A stretch of 64,000 bases of DNA, taken from NCBI GenBank assembly GCA_040954595.2, contig CM082591.2, positions 8,710,293 through 8,774,292 of the forward strand. The letters run 5' to 3'. This document shows, one piece after another, positions 51,588-64,000 of this stretch (within the stretch, counting starts at the first letter, position 1; each line of letters opens with the position of its first letter). The stretch is from Balanoglossus misakiensis. Its lineage: Eukaryota > Animalia > Hemichordata. The position numbers and the translations under genes were made by a program. The notes beneath the pieces were generated by a model. That model was given only the letters and a program-made list of their open reading frames with translations. It searched no databases and was not told where the DNA came from.

Positions 51588-53195
51588 TAAGTTAATGTGA
51601 TTGGCTTCTTTAGAATTATAATGGAATCAAATCATAGGTAATTTGGAACTTTTATATTTTGTAGGATATTTTGTCTTCTTCCACATTAAAATTCATCTCA
51701 AGAAAAGCAATTTATAAGGCCATAGTTCTTTGTAATAAAGGAGGAACCCACTAGTGAGATTTGAATACACAGTAAATTCCTGCATCTGGTTAACTGTTCT
51801 ATTTGGTGTGTGGACAGTACATATGCCATTTGCAGCTTATGGTTCAGTCAGTGTTTGCCTGTTGATCTCTCTATGTGTGTGCACGTCTGCCTGTATATGT
51901 ACTCCGATGTAGACTTTCTCTTGTGTAATCCCTCAATGGGACAACTGTGTTCATGACGCGACTTTTTTATTTTGGTCTACTCTCAAATAATATGGCGTAT
52001 TTTCAGGGTTTTCATATATAGAATTGATTTCCTATACTATTCATACTACAGGTCAAAGAAATGCGCGAAATGTTGGGTCAAGTGTAATTTGTAAAACAAA
52101 ATATTGAACATTTTATGAATGGAAATGGTTATAAGCCTGAAAGAGGGAATTGTATTTGTCATTAAATTTAGAGGGAAGTGGTCATCCTACCCCGTGGGTG
52201 TCCCCCTTGATAAGAATATGTCCTCCCCATACAAGCGCAAACGCCACTTCATTCGCCACGACCTAAAAGGATCTTCAGTTGCTGTCATGCCCAGTCTACG
52301 CTACAGTTGGCTGCTTCGTTCATTCTAAGAATTATCTAATTTCAGGGATTTGTGGATGAATTGTAATGTTTATAAACAAACGAGCGCAACACAATGACCA
52401 TTTCAATTGACGTAATAATTTCTGATGGACTTATCTTCAGTTTCAACTGAGTTTGAGAAATCCCATATAATCATGTAGCATGGAAAAACAACCTCTTTAT
52501 CCAAAATATATGTTCATCCCTAATGATACGGTCACAAAGAGCCATGCACTCTGCATCATCCTGTTTCTCCATCTTGTGATGGGGGAACAGGATGATGCAG
52601 TTTCATCTCCTCTTTTTGCAATTTTTAAGCATGTTCATCTGGTGGGTTTATGACGACAGTACATATGATCCATACAGGCTGATGCATGAACAGCCATGGG
52701 AAATATATCAATGCACTCATGAACTAGATCTGCAGATAGTGTCATACCTTTTAGAGCTTCTTTCGTGATCTTTATAACAGTCAGTTTGCCAAAATGGCCA
52801 GCACAGACATTGTTCCAAATACCTTTCATAGTGCAGACAGACAAGGCTTGGCATAAAGCCTATGTTGCTTGTAAGGAACACATCTCCAACTGGTACTTTG
52901 GGCCACTCAAACTGCCCATGTACAGATAGGAAACCCACATACCGGTACTTCCATTCCTGAACCTTTCATTAGTTTTGTGGAGCAGCGTAGGAATTAAGAT
53001 TGGCTCGACAATTTGCACACTTAATTGCCTATAAGCATAAAAAGAAACATTTCTGGTCAGGCCTTTCTTTAAAAAATGGTGTGATGACGCGAATTTAAAA
53101 AGAAATTTCCTCAAGGGAGGAAGGATGGTCAGTTCCATAGTTTAATCAATGTAGTCACATGTGTAGTGAAATTAACTTTTTATCTTGGTGGTAAT

Positions 53196-53521
53196 TTTGA
53201 TTGAAAAATAACATTTCAAAGACAGCATGAATAAATTTTAGTACCCATTTTGCAAGATCAGTTTGCAAGATAAATTTTTACAGAAACGGGTGATCAATTT
53301 TTTTAATGATTCATGTTATCAGGGACAGCTTGTATTCATGAAGTGGGGATGTTTATGGTGGGACTCTTTGAACATGGCTGTACCCAAAGTGTGTGTACGG
53401 TGGATAAAAAATACTATCTTATGTTTGATAAAAAAAAAAAAAATTATCTTGCAAACTGATCTTGCAAAATGGGTACTAAAATTTATTCATGCTGTCTTTG
53501 AAATGTTATTTTTCAATCAAA
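53196..53521. repeat. 78-bp perfect inverted repeat (53196-53273 / 53444-53521), 170-bp spacer
   Basis: tttgattgaaaaataacatttcaaagacagc...gtttgcaagataa and its exact reverse complement. Confidence 0.92.
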
Positions 53522-53839
53522 TCTTGAAACTACTTTCCCACAATATAAAATCATTTTGATCTTATACTAAAGCTAAATAAGTAGTTATAGTAGTAGTTTT
53601 ATACTTTTGTAAGTGTTTTACTTGTCTCTAAATGTTAGACCTGCAAAATTGGAAGGCTGGTCCATCAATAAAAGTAGACTTTTTCTGTTCATTGATCATT
53701 ACCAACCCCCACCCACCCATGTTGATGGCAGGCATTGAGGATGCAAGGTACATTCATGTTAAATATTTTTATTGAATAATACTGAGATCAAGTTGAATAA
53801 AGAAACATTTTGAACAGCTAGTGTGCCACTGTCCTGTAA

Positions 53840-53970
53840 GACATGAACTTTATAATAAACAGTAGACATGAGACTGTAATGCAATGCCGTGAATTCAGCT
53901 CTTCTATTATCAGTGGTCGCGCTTCTTTTTTTATTTCCTGAGTCTGTGGGGAAGCAATGAAACCACAAAT
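53840..53970 (-). pseudogene. Possible THAP-domain remnant
   Basis: LWFHCFPTD...NRRAEF resembles the THAP FH.FP.D...R motif, but is degraded. Confidence 0.3.
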
Positions 53971-54999
53971 TACTTCCTCTGCTCTTTTGACTGCATCTTT
54001 ACCTAATTTGCGTATCTTGATTAGGTTGTTGGCGTTGCTCTAATGGTCTCAAAATGTAACCATTGAGTACTTGATAAAAACAATTGTGTCATTTCAGTCA
54101 ATAATCTTTGAGGCCGAGCGTAGTCTTTAGTGTACTGTGTCATGCGGTTGCCCTCACATCCAGTGATTTATAGTCAGCTGAAACAGAACGTAGTTTGCCA
54201 AGGCAGCCACCAAAAAACAGAAAAAAGGGTTTGTGCCTTGTTATTCAAGTGACGTGCGCACTGACCAGAAGCATTTCATTAATTTGGCCTAATTAACAAA
54301 TTAACACCAGAAATGGATTCAATGTATATAAACAAATTAAAAAATAATATATTACACAATAATCATGAAACAAGACGGGCAAAAGTTAAATTATACAGGG
54401 GTGTGTGGCGCCCATTTTGAATTATGCAAATTAGAACAGTTGTCTAATATTGCCATGTCAACCAAGTTGAAATTGTTTTAGGTACCCATATTAATGAAAA
54501 CCCTGAAATAAGATATAACATACCATTTTAAGACAAACATGGGAAATCACATTTTAGGGGTGTTAGAGGTGTTTTTTTGCACGTGTACTCTAGTTTCGAA
54601 TGACATACTAAGATCGATGATGCATGGTCAACTTTTTTACCTAATTTAAATTAAATGACATAATTTTTAACCCAAAAACGCCACCATTTCCGGGGATCAA
54701 TAATATATGCAACTCAAACAAAAGTTCAAAAACTCAGCCTGCAGAATATATATGGTTTATGGGGGTTTTAACTTTGTCTTTGATGAGGAATAGGCCTCTG
54801 AAAAAGTCTTGACGGTTTCATGCAATGCCACCTTAAGCATAGTCATAGTATCCAACAAAATTAGTTTGTTCCTACACGAATAGCGAACACTTTGCTCCCC
54901 CCCCCTCCCCATGAATGGCTCTTTCCACAACCACATTTTATTGAGCGAAATATTGAATTGAATTGGACTGGACGCTCGTTTTATCATGGAAAACCAAAC

Positions 55000-55810
55000 C
55001 ACTCTCAAATGACTTGTGATCAGAAACGAAACGGTGTCACTTGTCGCATATTCGGATATACAGAATTTTCATACTGGCTGTATGTAAACAGCAAAGACCT
55101 TTAATAATCAACAGTCATTGTCCGCTCACCGTGTGCCCAATCAGCCATTGAATTGACTACCGTAGCAAAATAGCTTTGTGGGTAGAGATGATAACAGTCA
55201 GTCATTTTTGGTAGCACTACTGTGAAGCTGGTGAAATCTCTCCAGTCACTATGCTCATAGACCCATCCGAATCAAGTTCACTGATCCAGACTTCAAATTT
55301 ATCGGTATTGAATTTGAAAAGGGAAAGAGTTTCTTTTCCATGCCTATAAAGAAATAGTGGCCAACTGATGCAATATGCGCGATTAACTCAGTCAGTGTCC
55401 ATTGCAATGACGTGGGTGGGGCCTGTTCGTAAAGAACTACATGTAACTGGTGTTCCTTGGATGTTTGTAGTCAATCAACATTGTTTGTCCATGGTTTGAC
55501 AACAAGAAAATACCAACTCTTGTTTTTATTTTATCTTTCATTTGCGGGTGTTTGTTCCAATAGAATAAATGTATGAAGATTTGTCTTCTACATGTATCTA
55601 CTGTAAAATAATTAAAAGACAATGACACACGCATTTGTTGCCATGTTTTATTCATTAGGCTACAAAATTGAGTTTTTAATTTCTTCAAGCGTCTCCGTTG
55701 TATGTCTGCTTCAATATAAGCAATGTTGCACATCTTGTTACATATGCCCATAGTGTAAGCCTGATAAAAAGGTGTGATGCCACTGCAGTGATCTTGAGGG
55801 TTGTGTTGGA
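55000..55810 (-). mobile_element. Heavily decayed L1/Tx1 endonuclease-region fragment
   Basis: Fragmentary TLKI..., FYWNKHP...KIKTRVGIFLLSN and KFEV motifs in the expected order, with many stops. Confidence 0.35.
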
Positions 55811-56199
55811 CTGCATATTTTCCTGCGCAGTGGGTTTATTCTGGCTAGATATAATATTTACACTCACAGATGTTACTCTATCAGTTGGTGGCATTGAATT
55901 TGAAGGCGGCACTTTCACTTTGTCTTTCAGCTTTGCAACATGGACACCAATATAAAACTGCGCAGTGGAAATGGTAATGGTGGAAGTGGTCAGCATTGGT
56001 TCCCAAGTGATTTTCCTGTGGATTTTCCCAACATTACCAGCGATCGCATTCTTCGTCAAATTGTTCATGAATCGTTAAGCCGCTAAGACACTTCAGGTTA
56101 GGTTGACCCCCAACTTTTAGAATTTGCATGGCCAATGGGGGAGAGGGCAGTTTTTTCCTCATTTATAATTTGTTTGAGGTTTTTTCACTGTCCCCAGGT

Positions 56200-56389
56200 G
56201 CGTAATCATCATTATCATCACCAACTTCATCATCATCATCATCATCATCAATCACAATCATCATCATCATCATCATCAATCACAATCATCATCATCATCA
56301 CAATCATCATCATCATCACTTACCTCCATACATACCTACAAACCAACAAACAAACAAACAAACCTTCTTCCATCATCATCATCTTCATC

Positions 56390-56425
<36 letters not shown>

Positions 56426-56454
56426 TTCATCATTACAATCATCATCATCATCAT

Positions 56455-56487
<33 letters not shown>

Positions 56488-56761
56488 TTCATCATCACAA
56501 TCATCATCATCATCATCATCATCATCACCATCATCATCATCATAATCATCATCATCATCTTCATCATCACAATCATCATCATCTTAATCATCATCATCAT
56601 CATAATCATCATCATCATCATCATCATTCCATCATCATCATCATCATCATAATTTTCTTCATCATCATCATCTTCATTATCACAATCATCATCATCATCA
56701 TCACCTTACCTCCATACCTACCTACAAACAAACCAACCAACAAACAAACAAACCTCCATCT

Positions 56762-56794
<33 letters not shown>

Positions 56795-57811
56795 TTCATC
56801 AACTTCATCATCACAATCATCATCATCATCATCTTAATCAAAATCATCATCATCATCATCACCATCATCATCATTCCATCTTCATCCTCATCTTCATCTT
56901 CATCATCTTCATCTTCATCATCATCACAATCATCATCATCATCATCTTCATTATTATCATCTCAATCATCATCATCATCATCATCTTCATCTTTATCTTC
57001 ATCATCATCACAATCATCATCATCTTCATTATCATCATCAAATCATCATCTTCATCTTCATCATCATCATCATCATCATCTTCATCTTCATCATCTTCAT
57101 CATCATCATCATCACAATTATCATTATCATCATCATTATCATCATCTTCATCATCTTCATCTTCATCATCTTCATCACCTTACCTCCATACATACCTACA
57201 AACAAACAAACAAACCTCCATCCATCATCATCATCATCACCTTCATCTTCATCTTCATCATCTTCATCTTTATCATCATCATTCCATCATCATCATAATC
57301 ATCATCTTCATCATCATCATTTTCATCATCATCATTCCATCATAATCTTCATCATCATCATCATCACAATCATCATCATCTTCATCTTCATCATTATCAT
57401 CATCATCACCTTACCTCCATACCTACCTACAAACAAACCAACCAACAAACAAACAAACCTCCATCTATCATCATCATCATCATCTTAATCATCATCATCT
57501 TCATCATCATCACAATCATTATCATCATCTTCATTATTATCATCTCAATCATCATCATCATCATTGTCATCTTCATCTTCATCATCATCACAATCATCAT
57601 CATCATCATCATCTTAATCATCATCATCATCACCATCATCATCATCATAATCATCATCTTCATCTTCATCATCTTCATCTTCATCATCATCACAATCATC
57701 ATCATCATCTTCATTATTATCATCTCAATCATCATCATCATCATCTTCATCTTCATCATTATCACAATCATCATCATCATCTTCATCATCATCATCATCT
57801 TCATCATCATC

Positions 57812-57842
<31 letters not shown>

Positions 57843-57857
57843 CATCATAATCATCAT

Positions 57858-57888
<31 letters not shown>

Positions 57889-58453
57889 TTCCATCATCAT
57901 CATCAATCACAATCATCATCATCTTCATCTTCATCATTATCATCATCATCACCTTACCTCCATACCTACCTACAAACAAACAAACAAACAAACCTCCATC
58001 TATCATCATCATCATCATCTTCATCATCACAATCATCATTATCATCATCATCTTCATCTTCATCATCATCACATCATCATCATCATCATCATCATCATCT
58101 TCATCATCATCCTCATCATCATCATCATCATCATCATCATCCCATCATCATCATCATCATCATCTTCATCATCATCATCATCACAATCATCATTGTCATC
58201 ATCATCATCATCTTCATCATCATCAACGTCTTCATCATCACAATCATCATCATCATCCCACCATCATCATCATCTTCATCATCATCATCTTTATCATTTT
58301 CATCATCATCATTCCATCATCATCATCACAATCATCATCATCATCATCATCTATATCTTATTCATTTTCTTCAACTTCATCATCTTCTTCATCATCATCT
58401 TCATCATCTTCATCACCTTACTCCATACCAAACAAACAAACAAACCTTCATCC

Positions 58454-58492
<39 letters not shown>

Positions 58493-58692
58493 TTCATCAT
58501 CATCATCACAATCATCATTATCATCATCATCATCATCTTCATCATCATCATCTTCATCATAATCATCATCATCATCATCATCTTAATCATCATCATCATC
58601 ACCATCATCATCATCATAATCATCTTCATCTTCATCATCTTCATCTTCATCATCATCACAATCATCATCATCATCTTCATTATTATCATCTC

Positions 58693-58726
<34 letters not shown>

Positions 58727-58822
58727 TTCATCTTCATCATCATCACAATCATCATCATCATCATCATCTTCATCATCATCATCTTCATCTTCATCTTCAT
58801 CATCATCATCTTAATCATCATC

Positions 58823-58854
<32 letters not shown>

Positions 58855-59118
58855 CATCATCATAATCATCATTCCATCATCATCATCATCATCATTCCAT
58901 CATCATCATCAATCACAATCATCATCATCATCATCACCTTACCTCCATACCTACCTACAAACAAACCCACCAACAAACAAACAAACCTCCATCTATCATC
59001 ATCATCATCATCATCTTTATCATCACAATCATCATTATCATCATCATCATCATCATCTTCATCTTCATCATCATCACAACCATCATCATCATCATCACCA
59101 TCATCTTCATCATCATCC

Positions 59119-59158
<40 letters not shown>

Positions 59159-59984
59159 CACCATCATCCTCACCATCATCATCATCATCATCATCATCTT
59201 CATTATCATCACAATCATCATCATCTTCATCATCATTATCATCACCATCATCATCATCATAATCATCATCTTCATATTCATCATCTTCATCTTCATCATC
59301 ATCACAATCATCATCATCATCATCTTCATTATTATCATCTCAATCATCATCATCACAATCATCATCATTATCATCATCTTCATCATCATCATCTTCATCA
59401 TCTTCATCACCTAACCTCCATACATACCTACAAACAAACAAACCTCCATCCATCATCATCATCATCACCTTCATCTTCATCATCTTCATCTTCATCATCA
59501 TCATCATTCCTAATCATCATCATCTTCATCATCATCATTTTCATCATTTTCAACATCATCATCATTCCATCACAATCTTCATCTTCATCATCCCAATCAT
59601 CATCTTCATCTTCATCATCATCATCATCATCTTAATCATCATCATCATCATCCCATCATCATCATCAATTTCATCATCCTCATCTTCATCATTTTCATCA
59701 TCATCATTCCATCATCATCATCACAATCATCATCATCATCTTCATCAACATCATCATCATCTTTATCTTCTTCATTTTCTTCATATTCATCATCATCATC
59801 TTCATCATCATCATCACAATCATCTTCATCATCGTCTTCATCATCATCTTCATCATCTTCATCACCTTACCTCCATACCTACCTACAAACAAACCAACAA
59901 ACAAACAAACCTTCAACCATCATCATCATCATCACCTTCATCTTCATCATCATCATCATCATCATCATCTTAATCATCATCATC

Positions 59985-60016
<32 letters not shown>

Positions 60017-60445
60017 CATCATCATCATAATCATCATTCCCTCATCATCATCAATCACAATCATCATCATCTTCATCTTCATCATTATCATCATCATCAC
60101 CTTACCTCCATACCTACCTACAAACAAACCAACCAACAAACAAACAAACCTCCATCTATCATCATCATCATCATCATCATCACAATCATCATCATCATCA
60201 TCATCTTAATCATCATCATCATCACCATCATCATCATCATAATCATCATCTTCATCTTCATCATCTTCATCTTCATCATCATCACAATCATCATCATATT
60301 CATTATTATCATCTCAATCATCATTATCATCATCATCATTTTCATCTTCATCATCATCACAATCATCATCATCATCATCATCTTCATCATCATCTTCATC
60401 ATCTTCATCATCTTCATCTTCTTCTTCATCATCATCATCTTAATC

Positions 60446-60495
<50 letters not shown>

Positions 60496-60802
60496 AATCA
60501 TCATTCCATCATCATCATCATCATCATTCCATCATCATCATCATCAATCACAATCATCATCATCTTCATCTTCATCATTATCATCATCATCATCACCTTA
60601 CCTCCATATACCTACAAACAAACCAACCAACAAACAAACAAACCTCCATCTATCATCATCATTATCATCATCTTCATCATCACAATCATCATTATCATCA
60701 TCATCATCATCATATTCATCTTCATCATCATCACAATCATCATCATCATCATCATCTTCATCATCATCCTCACCATCATCATCATTATCATCATCATCAT
60801 CC

Positions 60803-60834
<32 letters not shown>

Positions 60835-61197
60835 CAATCATCATTATCATCATCATCTTCATCATCATCATCATCATCACAATCATCATCATCATCACAT
60901 CATCATCATCATCTTCATCATCATCATCTTCATCATTTTCATCATCATCATTCCATCATCATCATCACAATCCTCATCATCATCATCATCTATATCTTCT
61001 TCATTTTCTTCAACTTCATCTTCATCATCTTCATCACCTTACCTCCATACCTACCTACAAACAAACAAACCAACCACAAACAAACAAACAAACAAACAAA
61101 CCTTCATCCATCATCATCTTCATCATCATCATCATCATAATCATCATCATCTTCATCATCATCCTCACCATCATCATCATCATCACCATCATCATCC

Positions 61198-61250
<53 letters not shown>

Positions 61251-61779
61251 CAATCATCATTATCATCATCATCATCATCATCTTCATCATCATCATCATC
61301 TTCATCATCACAATCATCATCATCATCCCATCATCATCATCATCCTCTTCATCATTTTCATCATCATCATTCCATCATCATCATCACAATCATCATCATC
61401 TATATCTTCTTCATTTTCTTCAACTTCATCATCATCTTCATCATCATCTTCATCATCTTCATCACCTTACCTCCATACCTACCTACAAACAAACCAACAA
61501 ACAAACAAACAAACAAACCTTCATCCATCATCATCTTCCATCATCATCATCATCATCATCTTCATCATCATCATCACAATCATCATTATCATCATCATCT
61601 TCATCTTCATCATCATCACAATCATCATCATCTTCATTATTATCATCTCAATCATCATTATCATCATCATCATTTTCATCTTCATCATCATCACAATCAT
61701 CATCATCATCATCATCTTCATCATCATCTTCATCATCTTCATCATCTTCATCTTCATCTTCATCATCATCATCTTAATC

Positions 61780-61829
<50 letters not shown>

Positions 61830-62138
61830 AATCATCATTCCATCATCATCATCATCATCATTCCATCATCATCATCATCAATCACAATCATCATCATCTT
61901 CATCTTCATCATTATCATCATCATCATCACCTTACCTCCATACCTACCTACAAACAAACCAACCAACAAACAAACAAACCTCCATCTATCATCATCATTA
62001 TCATCATCTTCATCATCACTATCATCATTATCATCATCATCATCATCATATTCATCTTCATCATCATCACAATCATCATCATCATCATCATCTTCATCAT
62101 CATCCTCACCATCATCATCATTATCATCATCATCATCC

Positions 62139-62173
<35 letters not shown>

Positions 62174-62534
62174 CAATCATCATTATCATCATCATCTTCA
62201 TCATCATCATCATCATCATCACAATCATCATCATCATCACATCATCATCATCATCTTCATCATCATCATCTTCATCATTTTCATCATCATCATTACATCA
62301 TCATCATCACAATCCTCATCATCATCATCATCTATATCTTCTTCATTTTCTTCAACTTCATCTTCATCATCTTCATCACCTTACCTCCATACCTACCTAC
62401 AACAAACAAACCAACCAACAAACAAACAAACAAACAAACCTTCATCAATCATCTCATCTTCATCATCATCATCATCATAATCATCATCATCTTCATCATC
62501 ATCCTCACCATCATCATCATCATCACCATCATCA

Positions 62535-62583
<49 letters not shown>

Positions 62584-63289
62584 CAATCATCATTATCATC
62601 ATCATCATCATCATCATCATCTTCATCATCATCATCATCTTCATCATCACAATCATCATCATCATCCATCATCATCATCCTCTTCATCATTTTCATCATC
62701 ATCATTCCATCATCATCATCACAATCATCATCATCATCTATATCTTCTTCATTTTCTTCAACTTCATCATCATCTTCATCATCATCTTCATCATCTTCAT
62801 CACCTTACCTCCATACCTACCTACAAACAAACCAACAAACAAACAAACAAACAAACCTTCATCCATCATCATCATCTTCCATCATCATCATCATCATCAT
62901 CTTCATCATCATCATCACAATCATCATTATCATCATCATCATCATCATCTTCATCATCATCATCTTCATCACCATCATCATCATCATCATCATCATCATC
63001 CCATCATCATCATCATCTTCATCATCATCATCTTCATCATTTTCATCATCATCATTCCATCATCATCATCACAATCATCATCATCTTCATCAACATCATC
63101 ATCATCTTTATCTTCTTCATTTTCTTCATATTCATCATCATCATCTTCATCATCATCACAATCATCATCATTATCATCATCTTCATCATCATCTTCATCA
63201 TCTTCATCACCTTACCTCCATACCTACCTACAAACAAACAAACAAACAAACAAACCTTCATCCATCATCATCACAATCATCATCATCGC

Positions 63290-63336
<47 letters not shown>

Positions 63337-63955
63337 CCATCTTCATCATCATCATCACAATCATCATCTTCATTTTCATCATCACAATCATCATCACCAC
63401 AATCATCATTATCATCATCATCATCATCATCATCATCTTCATCATCATTATCATCTTCATCATCATCATCATCTTCATCATCATCATCATCTTCATCATT
63501 TTCATCATCATCATCATCATTTCGTCATCATCATCACAATCATCATCATCATCTTAATCATCATTATCATCATCATCTTTATCTTCTTCATCTTCTTCAT
63601 CTTCATCCTCACAATCATCATCACAATCATCATCATCATCACAATCATCATCATTATCATCATCTTCATCATAATCACCTTCATCATCTTCATCACCTTA
63701 CCTCCATACCTACCTACAAACAAACAAACAAACAAACAAACAAACAAACCTCCATCCATCATCATCATCATCAACATCTTCATCTTCATCATTTTCAACA
63801 TCATCATCATTCCATCACAATCTTCATCTTCATCATCACAATCATCATCTTCATCTTCATCATCATCATCTTAATCATCATCATCTTCATCATCATCATA
63901 CCATCATCATCATCATCTTCATCATCATAATCATCATCATCATCATCATCATCTT

Positions 63956-63988
<33 letters not shown>

Positions 63989-64000
63989 AATCATCATTCC
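56200..64000. repeat. Complex (CAT)n-based satellite with ~18 interspersed caccttacctccatacctacctac(aaac)n cct(c/t)catc anchors
   Basis: CAT/CTT/CAC triplets throughout; anchors every ~230-550 bp; the array continues past the window end. Confidence 0.97.

Noticed and set aside
56135-63810. Poly-Met, poly-His/Ile/Ser and Asp-rich ORFs (e.g. 480 aa at 58193)
   Set aside because: By-products of the CAT triplet satellite: frames shift arbitrarily, and the Asp-rich frame is broken by TAA stops.

Overview
AT-rich, intron-containing eukaryotic DNA, probably from an invertebrate animal (inferred from the TE families and GT-AG introns). It consists almost entirely of nested transposable elements. From left to right: (1) an ISL2EU-type (Harbinger-related) element with long inverted repeats, an intact THAP-HTH-DDE transposase and a convergent YqaJ exonuclease broken by one stop; (2) a decayed EnSpm/CACTA transposase whose 7.8-kb first intron holds an L1/Tx1 3' fragment and a 4.8-kb fold-back element built from ~170-bp repeats; (3) more fold-back copies and several MITEs with clear TSDs; (4) the most interesting part, ~22.9-43 kb, where a multi-exon P-like transposase pseudogene (REDHCH / STTDDVEGF motifs) converges on an 8-exon minus-strand gene that splices the EXO1 nuclease domain in frame onto a HIRAN-like terminal exon, with a near-full-length CR1/L2-type LINE between them; (5) Helentron-type, Crypton-like and Zator/Harbinger MITEs and decayed fragments; (6) a >7.8-kb (CAT)n-based complex satellite with a higher-order repeat. 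No tRNA, rRNA or CRISPR array was seen. All family assignments come from motif recognition by eye, not database searches.
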